Shown one piece after another: positions 10,087 through 18,457 of a DNA stretch of 64,000 nucleotides. A model generated the notes under the pieces. That model searched no databases, was not told the DNA's origin, and saw only the letters and a list, made by a program, of their open reading frames with translations. The position numbers and the translations under genes were made by a program. The stretch comes from Spirosomataceae bacterium (lineage in GTDB: Bacteria; Bacteroidota; Bacteroidia; Cytophagales; Spirosomataceae): assembly GCA_046293395.1 (NCBI GenBank), contig JBKBOU010000001.1, positions 417,271-481,270 on the forward strand, read 5' to 3'. Positions within the stretch are counted from its first letter, which is position 1. Each line of letters opens with the position of its first letter.

Positions 10087-11190
10087 ATGAATGTATATAT
10101 GAACAAAAATGTTTTTTTAGCCTCTTTGATGGGTATTGTATCTGTTCAAGCCATTGGACAAGACGCACTTCAAGACAAAATTAAAGAAGAAACGTGCATA
10201 GCACTTGAAAAAGCAGTTACAGCAAATTTAAAGAATGCCAATGACCCTAAAAAAGGAGTTAAATCAGCTACGTGGGTGAAATTAGCGGATTCGTATTTAA
10301 GTATGGCACTTGAGTGTGGAAAAGACTCTGTTGCAGCAATTAAAGCATACGATACATACAAAAAAGCTGTTGAAGTTGAGGCAGGAGGGAAGGCAGCTGC
10401 AAGCGTTGTGGCTAAGTTATCAGATTCCAAGTTATACTCTGGTTTAATGTCTCAAGGTGCTGCGTTTTACACTGCAAAAAGCTATGGTAATGCCGTTGAA
10501 ATGTTCAAATTGGCAAATGAAGTGATGCCCAATGACACAACTGCTAGTTTATATACGGGGATTGTAGCACAGCAAAATCAGGATTATGCAACTGCAAAAC
10601 AATATTTTGAACGTTTTATCGCCAATAATGGCAAAGATCCAGCCGTATTTTACAGCTTAGCCATTTTAGCTAAAAATGAGAAAGATTTTGATACAGCTAT
10701 TCAAGTATTGAAAAAAGGTATCGCTGCTTCTCCAGCTGATAAGGATTTGAAAGGCGAATTGATTAATACGTATATTGTAGCAAATAAATTGCAAGATGCA
10801 ATTGATGATTTGTCTAAATTAGTTGACTCAGACCCATCAAATATCCTAAATATTTTAAATCTTGGTTTATTATATGACAATTCTGGTGACAAAGAAATGG
10901 CAATGAAACAGTACCAAAGAGTACTGACAATTGATTCAAATAATTACGATGCAAACTTTAGTATGGCAGTTATTTATTTCAATGAGGCTGTTGAGATTAA
11001 AAAAGCTGTAGATGCAATGGATATGAAAACGTACAGAGCAGAAGGAAAGCAAGTCGAAGCAAAAGCTTGTGAGTCATTTGCAAAAGCGAATCCATTCTTT
11101 GAAAAATGTAATCAAGTAAATCCGGGACAGGATGAGGTGGTTAATAATTTAGAAACACTAAAGAATATATTAGCTCAGTGTGGTAAATAA
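10087..11190 (+). CDS. Secreted tetratricopeptide-repeat protein
   Basis: Signal peptide (alternative ATG at 10099) and repeated TPR-like A/Y/L spacing. No catalytic motifs. Confidence 0.65.
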   Translation: MNVYMNKNVFLASLMGIVSVQAIGQDALQDKIKEETCIALEKAVTANLKNANDPKKGVKSATWVKLADSYLSMALECGKDSVAAIKAYDTYKKAVEVEAGGKAAASVVAKLSDSKLYSGLMSQGAAFYTAKSYGNAVEMFKLANEVMPNDTTASLYTGIVAQQNQDYATAKQYFERFIANNGKDPAVFYSLAILAKNEKDFDTAIQVLKKGIAASPADKDLKGELINTYIVANKLQDAIDDLSKLVDSDPSNILNILNLGLLYDNSGDKEMAMKQYQRVLTIDSNNYDANFSMAVIYFNEAVEIKKAVDAMDMKTYRAEGKQVEAKACESFAKANPFFEKCNQVNPGQDEVVNNLETLKNILAQCGK

Positions 11191-11207
11191 TCATTAATGT
11201 ATCAAAT

Positions 11208-11243
11208 AAAAAAGGAGACTACATCAAAGTAGTCTCCTTTTTT
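11208..11243. terminator. Bidirectional intrinsic terminator
   Basis: A run, GGAGACTAC-ATCAAA-GTAGTCTCC, T run. Confidence 0.8.
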
Positions 11244-11328
11244 ATTTCTAAAATGTTGGAATTGTAGAGGAGTTTGGATGAATTCTGTTTTGAATATTCT
11301 ATTTAACATAATATAAATTATATAACAT

Positions 11329-11772
11329 CTATATTTTGGGCACAAACTCGACAAATGTATTATCACTGTAAAATACGAGTATCCGTTGCACTTGTTTTTC
11401 AGATGTATTAACCTGCGTATGTATAGCTGTAGTAATGGGTTGAGTTGATGAATTAATCGTTTTTAATCTATCAACTTCGTTGCTTTTTTCTTCCTTCGTT
11501 GACTCTATCTGTTTGCGCTCGATTACAATATTTTTTAATACATGAATGGGCACCTCTTCATTATCCAGATACCATTTGTAACCAAGCTCTGGAAATCGTG
11601 TAATTATCTTCTGGATGACTTCTAAGCTTGGTTTATTTCTACCTGTTATGATATGAGATAATATAGGCCGACTAATAGAAATCTCGTCTGCAAATTGTGA
11701 ATAAGGAATGTTTAATGCCTCCACTAATTGTATAATCTTTTGATTCAGGTCTTTTACTTTTGTTAATGACAT
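11329..11772 (-). CDS. Helix-turn-helix (XRE-like) DNA-binding protein, function unknown
   Basis: QFADEISISRPILSHIITGRNKPSLEVIQKI is an HTH_XRE-type motif. I prefer the ATG at 11772 (MSLTKVKDL...) over the 12-codon longer ORF-track start at 11808. Confidence 0.6.
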   Translation of the reverse strand: MSLTKVKDLNQKIIQLVEALNIPYSQFADEISISRPILSHIITGRNKPSLEVIQKIITRFPELGYKWYLDNEEVPIHVLKNIVIERKQIESTKEEKSNEVDRLKTINSSTQPITTAIHTQVNTSEKQVQRILVFYSDNTFVEFVPKI

Positions 11773-11943
11773 ATAGTTTATATTTGTTAACACTTTACTG
11801 GTAAACAAAAGTAAAAAATGTATAGATTATAAACAAGTTACATATAAAACAAATGTTAATTTATTTTTGTATATATAGTAGTTTATATTTGTAAATCAAC
11901 ATCGTTTCGAATTGTAAATCGGGAGATTAGGGATGTGTAAAGC

Positions 11944-11985
11944 AAAAAAAAACGCCTTACAACATTTGTTACAAGGCGTTTTTTA
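11944..11985 (-). terminator. Intrinsic terminator downstream of dapD
   Basis: AACGCCTT...AAGGCGTT stem flanked by A9 / T5 runs, about 20 nt after the dapD stop. Confidence 0.7.
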
Positions 11986-12003
11986 TACGTGATTTTCACT
12001 CTC

Positions 12004-12825
12004 TTATACAGTTACATTGTTATCTCGCAATGCTTGATTTAGGGAGGTTTTAAGGTCGGTACTCTCCTTTCTTTTACCGATTATCAAAGCACATGGCACG
12101 CCATAAGTACCAGCTGGGAATTGTTTTTGGATTGTTCCAGGGATAACTACCGAGTTTTCTGGAACAAAACCAGTGTATTCTATGGGTTTTTCACCTGTAA
12201 CATCGATTATTTTTGAGCTACCAGTGATGGTCACTCCTGCGCCTAAAACAGCTCTTTTACCAATATGTGCACCCTCTACAACGATGCATCTTGACCCAAT
12301 AAATGCTCCATCTTCAATAATTACAGGAGATGCTTGTGCCGGTTCCAATACGCCTCCGATACCCACACCTCCACTTAAATGAACATCTTTTCCTATTTGA
12401 GCACAGCTACCTACCGTTGCCCAGGTATCAACCATTGTACCCGAGTCAACATAAGCACCAATGTTTACATAAGACGGCATTAGAATGACCCCATTTGCTA
12501 AATAAGAACCATATCTCGCCACTGCGGGAGGTACGACTCGAACACCAAGTTTGTCGTAATTCGTTTTTAGTAACATTTTATCGTTATAATGAAAAATGCC
12601 TACCTCTTCTACTTTCATCTTTCGTAATGGGAAGTAAAGTATGATCGCCTTCTTGACCCATTCATTGGTAATCCATTGGCCTGTGTCAGAGTCTGGCTGT
12701 GCAACCCTTAGAACACCTTTATCAACTTGTTCAACTACCCATTCAATTGCGGACACTACTTCAGAATTTGAAAGCAAATCCCTTTGCTCCCACGCATTTT
12801 CAATCAAACTTTTGGTTTTTTCCAT
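12004..12825 (-). CDS. dapD: 2,3,4,5-tetrahydropyridine-2,6-dicarboxylate N-succinyltransferase
   Basis: 273 aa, N-terminal helical domain and hexapeptide-repeat beta-helix (GAYVDSGTMVDTWATVGSCAQIGKDVHLSGGVGIGGVLEP). Confidence 0.88.
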   Translation of the reverse strand: MEKTKSLIENAWEQRDLLSNSEVVSAIEWVVEQVDKGVLRVAQPDSDTGQWITNEWVKKAIILYFPLRKMKVEEVGIFHYNDKMLLKTNYDKLGVRVVPPAVARYGSYLANGVILMPSYVNIGAYVDSGTMVDTWATVGSCAQIGKDVHLSGGVGIGGVLEPAQASPVIIEDGAFIGSRCIVVEGAHIGKRAVLGAGVTITGSSKIIDVTGEKPIEYTGFVPENSVVIPGTIQKQFPAGTYGVPCALIIGKRKESTDLKTSLNQALRDNNVTV

Positions 12826-13303
12826 TAAACTTTTTAAATAAATAAATAATAAATTAATTGTTTACGTAAAAGCACATAAAATAATGATTATGAGTTACTT
12901 AGATGTATATATTCTTTATATTTTACTAAGGTATAAAATATAAATATTCTAATCAGAATTTTATTTTATATTCTCTTTTCCTAAGTAAATCAAACACCTT
13001 TGTTATTGCTTTTACATACAAATATAATGGATGAATTACATTAATAAGTCACTTTCAAAATTTGGTTATTATAAGTAGTGCTAGAAGGTTTGCATTGGTA
13101 TGCTTAATTTATACTGGAATAAGTGAAGATTAAGGCTCCTACCCTATTTATCTTATTTTCTCCTCCATTTTTAGTCGTAATGACGTAGTATTAGATGGAA
13201 TGTAATTGTCGAGCCTTAAAAGGCTTAATAAATAATTAGTAGTAAGAAATAAATAAGATATTTAAGCTATTTATTTTAGTATTTTTTGACAAAATTAGCA
13301 AAA

Positions 13304-13396
13304 TACTAATCTGTATGTTTTTAATTACTAACTAGATTATATCGTATTACTAATTTATATTAGCATAAAACTAACAATCTTTATGATTATACTAAC
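13304..13396. repeat. Five phased WACTAAY repeats (period 21-22 bp)
   Basis: TACTAAT 13304, TACTAAC 13326, TACTAAT 13348, AACTAAC 13369, TACTAAC 13390. See findings. Confidence 0.7.
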
Positions 13397-13402
13397 TAAG
13401 TA

Positions 13403-13428
13403 TTTGACCATCCATTTTTGTATATTTG
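13403..13428 (+). promoter_or_regulatory. Candidate gap promoter (TTTG ... TATATTTG)
   Basis: TATATTTG (13421-13428) fits the Bacteroidota -7 consensus TAnnTTTG, 32 nt before the gap ATG. An upstream TTTG at 13403-13406 has shorter than ideal spacing. Confidence 0.45.
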
Positions 13429-13459
13429 CAAAATCATTCACTTATTTTAATCAATCTAC

Positions 13460-14467
13460 ATGTCAAAAGTAAAAGTAGCAATTAATGGTTTTGGACGTAT
13501 TGGACGTCTTGTTTTCAGACAAATTTACAACATGGAGGGTATAGATATCGTTGCTATCAACGATCTTACAAGTCCTTCCGTATTGGCACACCTACTCAAA
13601 TATGACACAGCACAAGGGAGATTTGAACAAACAGTAACATCGACTGATTCGTCCATAATAGTAAATGGAGAAGAGATTGTTATTTACTCGCAAAGAGATC
13701 CAAAAATGATTCCATGGGGACAACATCAAGTAGATGTAGTGCTAGAATGTACAGGATTCTTTACCAGTGATACCTCAGCTGCTGGCCACATTGAAGCAGG
13801 AGCTAAAAAAGTAGTTATCTCCGCTCCCGCTACAGGCGACCTAAAAACCATCGTATTCAATGTAAACCATCAAATACTAGACGGATCAGAGACAATCATA
13901 AGCTGTGCCTCGTGTACAACAAACTGCCTTGCACCTATGGCGCAAGTACTCGAAGAAAATTTTGGTATTGTAAATGGACTTATGACAACTGTTCACGCAT
14001 ATACAAATGACCAAAATACTCAGGACGCACCACATCCAAAAGGAGATTTAAGAAGAGCTAGAGCCGCCGCACAAAATATTGTACCAAACAGTACAGGTGC
14101 AGCTAAGGCTATCGGTCTAGTTCTACCAGCTTTGAAAGGCAAACTTGATGGTTCTGCACAAAGAGTACCAACATTGACTGGTTCACTGACTGAACTAACG
14201 GTCGTATTAGGTAAAAAAGTTACAGTAGAGGAAGTCAATGCTAGCATGAAAAAAGCAGCAAATGATTCGTTCGGCTATACAGAAGATGAAATCGTATCTG
14301 GTGACGTTATAGGAATTTCCTACGGTTCATTGTTTGACGCAACGCAAACAAGAGTACAAACAGTCGGTGATGTACAACTGGTTAGAACTGTAAGCTGGTA
14401 TGATAATGAAATGTCTTATGTTTCTCAACTGGTAAGAACAGTAAAATACTTCGCTGAACTTATCTAA
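13460..14467 (+). CDS. gap: Glyceraldehyde-3-phosphate dehydrogenase (type I)
   Basis: INGFGRIGR Rossmann start, catalytic [15 protein letters not shown] near the C-terminus. Confidence 0.96.
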   Translation: MSKVKVAINGFGRIGRLVFRQIYNMEGIDIVAINDLTSPSVLAHLLKYDTAQGRFEQTVTSTDSSIIVNGEEIVIYSQRDPKMIPWGQHQVDVVLECTGFFTSDTSAAGHIEAGAKKVVISAPATGDLKTIVFNVNHQILDGSETIISCASCTTNCLAPMAQVLEENFGIVNGLMTTVHAYTNDQNTQDAPHPKGDLRRARAAAQNIVPNSTGAAKAIGLVLPALKGKLDGSAQRVPTLTGSLTELTVVLGKKVTVEEVNASMKKAANDSFGYTEDEIVSGDVIGISYGSLFDATQTRVQTVGDVQLVRTVSWYDNEMSYVSQLVRTVKYFAELI

Positions 14468-14492
14468 ATTTAAACATAAAACTTAGTGTAAT

Positions 14493-14519
14493 AAAAAAAG
14501 GGCTGTAAGCCCTTTTTTT
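14493..14519. terminator. Bidirectional terminator between convergent gap and trmB
   Basis: AAAAAAAGGGCT-GTA-AGCCCTTTTTTT. Confidence 0.85.
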
Positions 14520-14520
14520 A

Positions 14521-15180
14521 TTAGTTTCTTAATTTACACTTCACATAACTTATTTTGTGACCTTTTGATACAAATAAGGTTTCATAGTACGTCTTAATTT
14601 CATGATGTTCAGGAAGTAAATCAGATTCATATAAATCCCTTGTTTGATCTAAAACAATCAAATCAGGGTCATTCTTAATGACTTCAATAGAATATTCGAA
14701 TAAAAAATCACTATCTGTTTTCAAGTGAAACAAGCCACCCGGTTTTAGAACCTTTTTATAAAGTTCTAAAAAACGAGCATTCGTTAGCCGCCTCTTTTCT
14801 TCTTTATCTCTAGGTTGAGGGTCAGGATGTACAAGCCAAATTTCTGAAACTTCTCCTTCATCGAAAAATTCTTCTAAAAATTGAATCCCACATCTCAAAA
14901 AAGCAACATTTGATAAACCATTTTGTTGAGCATATTTTGAACCACGACTAATTCTATCCCCTTTAATATCGATACCTATGAAATTTAGTTCAGGAAAGAC
15001 TTTACCTAAACCAACCGTATATTCTCCTTTACCACAAGCAAGTTCCAAGACAATGGGACTATCGTTTTTAAAATAAATATCGTTCCATTTACCTTTAATC
15101 GTGGTATATAAATCCTTTCCCTTTTCAATAACATTCGCAGCTTGACGATTATGTTCAAATCTTTCTAATTTTCTTCTCAC
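14521..15180 (-). CDS. trmB: tRNA (guanine46-N7)-methyltransferase TrmB
   Basis: LELACGKGEYTVGL SAM motif, HPDPQPR, about 219 aa. The start codon is GTG at 15180. Confidence 0.85.
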   Translation of the reverse strand: MRRKLERFEHNRQAANVIEKGKDLYTTIKGKWNDIYFKNDSPIVLELACGKGEYTVGLGKVFPELNFIGIDIKGDRISRGSKYAQQNGLSNVAFLRCGIQFLEEFFDEGEVSEIWLVHPDPQPRDKEEKRRLTNARFLELYKKVLKPGGLFHLKTDSDFLFEYSIEVIKNDPDLIVLDQTRDLYESDLLPEHHEIKTYYETLFVSKGHKISYVKCKLRN

Positions 15181-15198
15181 AACACTGTTTCTATATAA

Positions 15199-16509
15199 TT
15201 ATAAACTATTTAATTCTGCAACTAAAAAAGTACTACCACCAACAAATATAAAGTCATCTTCTCCTAATGAACCCTGTAAGTGAGTAAGTAATTCATTAAC
15301 ATCTGAGAACACATCATAATTTAATCCATGACGCTCTCCTAATCTAGCCAATTCATCCTTAGTACAAGACCGGAAATTCGATGGTATTTCACAAAAATAA
15401 AAGTGACTTTTCGAAGGCAATAACTTAATAATACTGTCTGCATCTTTATCACGCATAAAACCCAAAACAAAGTGAAGGTGACGTTCATTCCATTTTGAAA
15501 AAAATAAATTATGTTCCTCAAATGCATGAGAATTATGACCCGTATCTGCAATAATGAGCGGATTTTCTCCCAAACATTGCCATCTACCTTTTAACTTCGT
15601 AAGTTTTGTCACCTCTTCTAAGCCTTTTCTGAACGAAACTTCAGGTATTTTAAATCTTGTTGACTCATTCAAAAATTGAAACAACCCATAAACACCAATC
15701 AAATTATCACGTTGGTACTCCCCAACAAGTCCACAATTCAAAGTAAACTTCTTGTCTCGGAAGCTATCATTTAACATAAATTCAACCATGTTGAAGTGAA
15801 TATTCACTCTCCAATTATTATCAATATATATCGTATCCTTTAAAAAGACAACATTTGCTTCTTGGGACTTCCCAACTTCCTCAAATACATTACGTGTTTC
15901 AGGTAAAACATCCACCACAAGAGCTGTCGTGTTGGGTTTAAATATACCTGCTTTTTGGAACGCAATCTCTGCTTTTGTATGACCGAGAATATCAGTGTGA
16001 TCTAGTCCAATATTCGTAATTAATGAAACAAGCGGATGAATAATATTTGTAGAATCAAACCTACCCCCTAGACCAACTTCAATAATGGCGATGTCCACTT
16101 TCTGTTCGGCGAAATAACTAAATGTCATCAATAATGTCCATTCAAAAAAGGACGGCCGAAAGTCAAGCATCATTCCTTTGTATTTTTCAACAAAAGAAAC
16201 CACAAACTCTTTACTCATCTCGTCGCCATTCACTTTTGCCCGTTCTGTAAACGATTTTAAATGTGGAGATGTATATAGGCCAACTCGGTATCCAGCCGAC
16301 TGCAATATAGCAGCCGTCATGTGAGAGGTACTACCTTTCCCATTAGTTCCACCAATATGAATAGTAGGATATTTATCTTGTGGATTATCAAGAAGAGAAC
16401 AAAGACTTCGAATAGTATTCAAACCTGGCTTGTATGCCTTTTGTCCATCTCGCTGAAAAAAAGGAAGTTGATTATATAAAAAAGCTAGTGTAGATTCGTA
16501 ATCTGACAT
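15199..16509 (-). CDS. folC: Bifunctional folylpolyglutamate synthase / dihydrofolate synthase
   Basis: Mur-ligase P-loop GGTNGKGST and NIGLDHTDILG. The ORF-track start (16539) is TTG; I use the ATG at 16509 (MSDYESTLAFLY...). Confidence 0.88.
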   Translation of the reverse strand: MSDYESTLAFLYNQLPFFQRDGQKAYKPGLNTIRSLCSLLDNPQDKYPTIHIGGTNGKGSTSHMTAAILQSAGYRVGLYTSPHLKSFTERAKVNGDEMSKEFVVSFVEKYKGMMLDFRPSFFEWTLLMTFSYFAEQKVDIAIIEVGLGGRFDSTNIIHPLVSLITNIGLDHTDILGHTKAEIAFQKAGIFKPNTTALVVDVLPETRNVFEEVGKSQEANVVFLKDTIYIDNNWRVNIHFNMVEFMLNDSFRDKKFTLNCGLVGEYQRDNLIGVYGLFQFLNESTRFKIPEVSFRKGLEEVTKLTKLKGRWQCLGENPLIIADTGHNSHAFEEHNLFFSKWNERHLHFVLGFMRDKDADSIIKLLPSKSHFYFCEIPSNFRSCTKDELARLGERHGLNYDVFSDVNELLTHLQGSLGEDDFIFVGGSTFLVAELNSL

Positions 16510-16545
16510 AAAAAAAGGACTTTCCGTTAGAAAGCCCAAAATTAC

Positions 16546-17448
16546 TTAATTTCCTGATTTTATCACTATGGTAATTCGCCCCTCAGAGGTAGGTGGTGGA
16601 TTGCCATCTGCAATCAATGATTTGCTTAAGTTACGGGTAATATAATCTTTGTAGAAGTTTTCAACGGACGGGGTAACAGTTGAACGTATCCTTGAAATTG
16701 CTATCACACGACCTAGGTCATCTACTTTTACTTTAAAAACTATTTCACCAGTTTGTGAACTTTGGTCTTTTGGAAGAGAAAAGTTTTTGTTTTTCCAACC
16801 GGATATACTAATTGAAGCACCTCCGCCTCCACTTCCACCAGTACCAGGGTAATACACTTTGCCATTGGGCGTACCTGTCGTTGTTCCTTTATCTCCGACT
16901 TTCCCTACATCATCTCCATTGTTATTTCCCCCTTTTCCAGCAACTGTCCCTATTGTACCATTTGAATTTGGTTGCCCTGGTTTGTTATAACCACCTGAAA
17001 TAGCTGGCTTTTTTTTCACTGGTTCCGATGGTTGAACATCTGGTGCCTTTGGTTCTGTCTTTGCTACCGTCTTTACTTTTGTTGGAACAGAAACTGGGGA
17101 CTCATTGGTGGTAGTAATTACTTTGGGAGACTCCGTTGCGACTTGTTTGACAGGACGACTCGCAACTTCTGGTTTTACCTCACGAACCTTGGTAGAAGCC
17201 GGTGGAGCCATTTCACGTGAATCTTTGTATTTATTATTTGCTTCGTTTAATGTTTGTAAATCACCAGAACCCACTAAATCAACACCATAATTCAAATCGA
17301 GTCCCATTTCTAGGTCTTCACTAGGAGGTGTATAACTAATCTTGATGAAATACAATAAACAAATAAAAGCCACGTAAAATACGAGGCTTATCAAAAATGC
17401 TTTTAAATTAAACCCAGAGGGTATATCCGAATTCATTGTTTCTCTCAT
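16546..17448 (-). CDS. TonB-like membrane-anchored protein (N-terminal TM, Pro/Lys-rich and Gly/Asn/Thr-rich linkers, TonB_C-like end)
   Basis: One TM helix (AFLISLVFYVAFICLLYFI), then a PPASTKVREVKPEV...KAPDVQPSEPVKKKP linker. The C-terminal GEIVFKVKVDDLGRVIAIS pattern resembles TonB C-terminal domains. The ATG overlaps the stop of the upstream gene (ATGA). Confidence 0.55.
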   Translation of the reverse strand: MRETMNSDIPSGFNLKAFLISLVFYVAFICLLYFIKISYTPPSEDLEMGLDLNYGVDLVGSGDLQTLNEANNKYKDSREMAPPASTKVREVKPEVASRPVKQVATESPKVITTTNESPVSVPTKVKTVAKTEPKAPDVQPSEPVKKKPAISGGYNKPGQPNSNGTIGTVAGKGGNNNGDDVGKVGDKGTTTGTPNGKVYYPGTGGSGGGGASISISGWKNKNFSLPKDQSSQTGEIVFKVKVDDLGRVIAISRIRSTVTPSVENFYKDYITRNLSKSLIADGNPPPTSEGRITIVIKSGN

Positions 17449-18419
17449 TCATTCTCGCTTTTTAGTACAACGCCTTTTTCTCCTACTAATTGCTCTAATT
17501 TTTTTGAAATTTCATCTACATTCTCACCTTCTAAAACATGCACATAAACGCGCTTGTATGTCTTCCAATTTTCGATTTGTGAATTAAAATCATTATCTCT
17601 GAGCAACTTATCGAGCAAAAAGGCATTTTGTTCTTTCGCAAAAAATCCAACCACAATTTTATGCGTACTCTTTTTAGTAGGTACTGCATCTAATGTACTC
17701 GCTGGTGTTTCCTCTATGCGCATATCGTCATCTTGTAAAACAGGCGCTTGTTGAACAGGATTATGTGGTAAATAATCCACCGGGTTTAAGCTAGAAAGTG
17801 CCTTGGGCTCGTCAAAGATTGTGGATGGACGATCCAAATATTTTGAAATTCCAGCTAAAAGTATCAAAAAGATAAATGGAACCGTGTAAGCAAGCGTTCG
17901 TCTAAAATTAATCCGCTTGTAATTCGAGTTGTCTGTAGGTATTTCGATAGACTCCATATCTCCAAAAGTCATGTATCTATCAATAAAAATAGAATGTGTT
18001 GGCGTACTAATTCGTGAAGTATAAATGCTTTCAAATCCAAAACTATCTCCGCAATAATTAATTCCAGAACCTGGTTTGAAACAAATACTACCTTCGGATG
18101 ATAAGTACAGCTTACCTATTCCTACCAAATCTATTTCCTCTTTATTATATAGAGAGGTTTTTATTTGATGAACATAGTCTTCTATATGCTTTTTGGCATC
18201 TTGAAACGAAACGCCCAACTGTGAGGACAAATGTGTAGTAAGCAACCCATCGTCTTGCCGAAGCAATTCATTGAACGAAACTTGCCTCGTAGGAGGCTCA
18301 AACTTTCCATCACTCAACTGAGCTGATTGATAATTTAAAATAAAAGCACCCAAATTTGGCACACTTACATAATCGTGCTCAAACATGAGTGCTTTTATAT
18401 AGACAGATATATTTTTCAT
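17445..18419 (-). CDS. HU-CCDC81-like plus SPOR domain protein
   Basis: N-terminal ...YVSVPNLGAFILNYQ and ...IDLVGIGKLYL (HU-like repeats), a central TM helix, and a C-terminal SPOR-like KIVVGFFAKEQNAFLLDKLL...YKRVYVHV. Confidence 0.65.
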   Translation of the reverse strand: MKNISVYIKALMFEHDYVSVPNLGAFILNYQSAQLSDGKFEPPTRQVSFNELLRQDDGLLTTHLSSQLGVSFQDAKKHIEDYVHQIKTSLYNKEEIDLVGIGKLYLSSEGSICFKPGSGINYCGDSFGFESIYTSRISTPTHSIFIDRYMTFGDMESIEIPTDNSNYKRINFRRTLAYTVPFIFLILLAGISKYLDRPSTIFDEPKALSSLNPVDYLPHNPVQQAPVLQDDDMRIEETPASTLDAVPTKKSTHKIVVGFFAKEQNAFLLDKLLRDNDFNSQIENWKTYKRVYVHVLEGENVDEISKKLEQLVGEKGVVLKSENE

Positions 18420-18457
18420 TATAACTTTTTGGAATGCATAAGTTTGATATGCACAAG

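Noticed and set aside
12826-13130. A lysine riboswitch in the dapD leader.
   Set aside because: The region is nearly pure A/T and lacks the G/C-rich conserved helices and core of the L-box. Nothing there could form the five-helix junction.
12826-13459. The long AT-rich spacer with 21-22-bp repeats as a replication origin (iterons / oriC).
   Set aside because: I found no TTATCCACA-type DnaA boxes on either strand, and there is no dnaA/dnaN or rep gene nearby. The repeat cores are only 6-7 nt. A transcription-factor array is a more economical reading.
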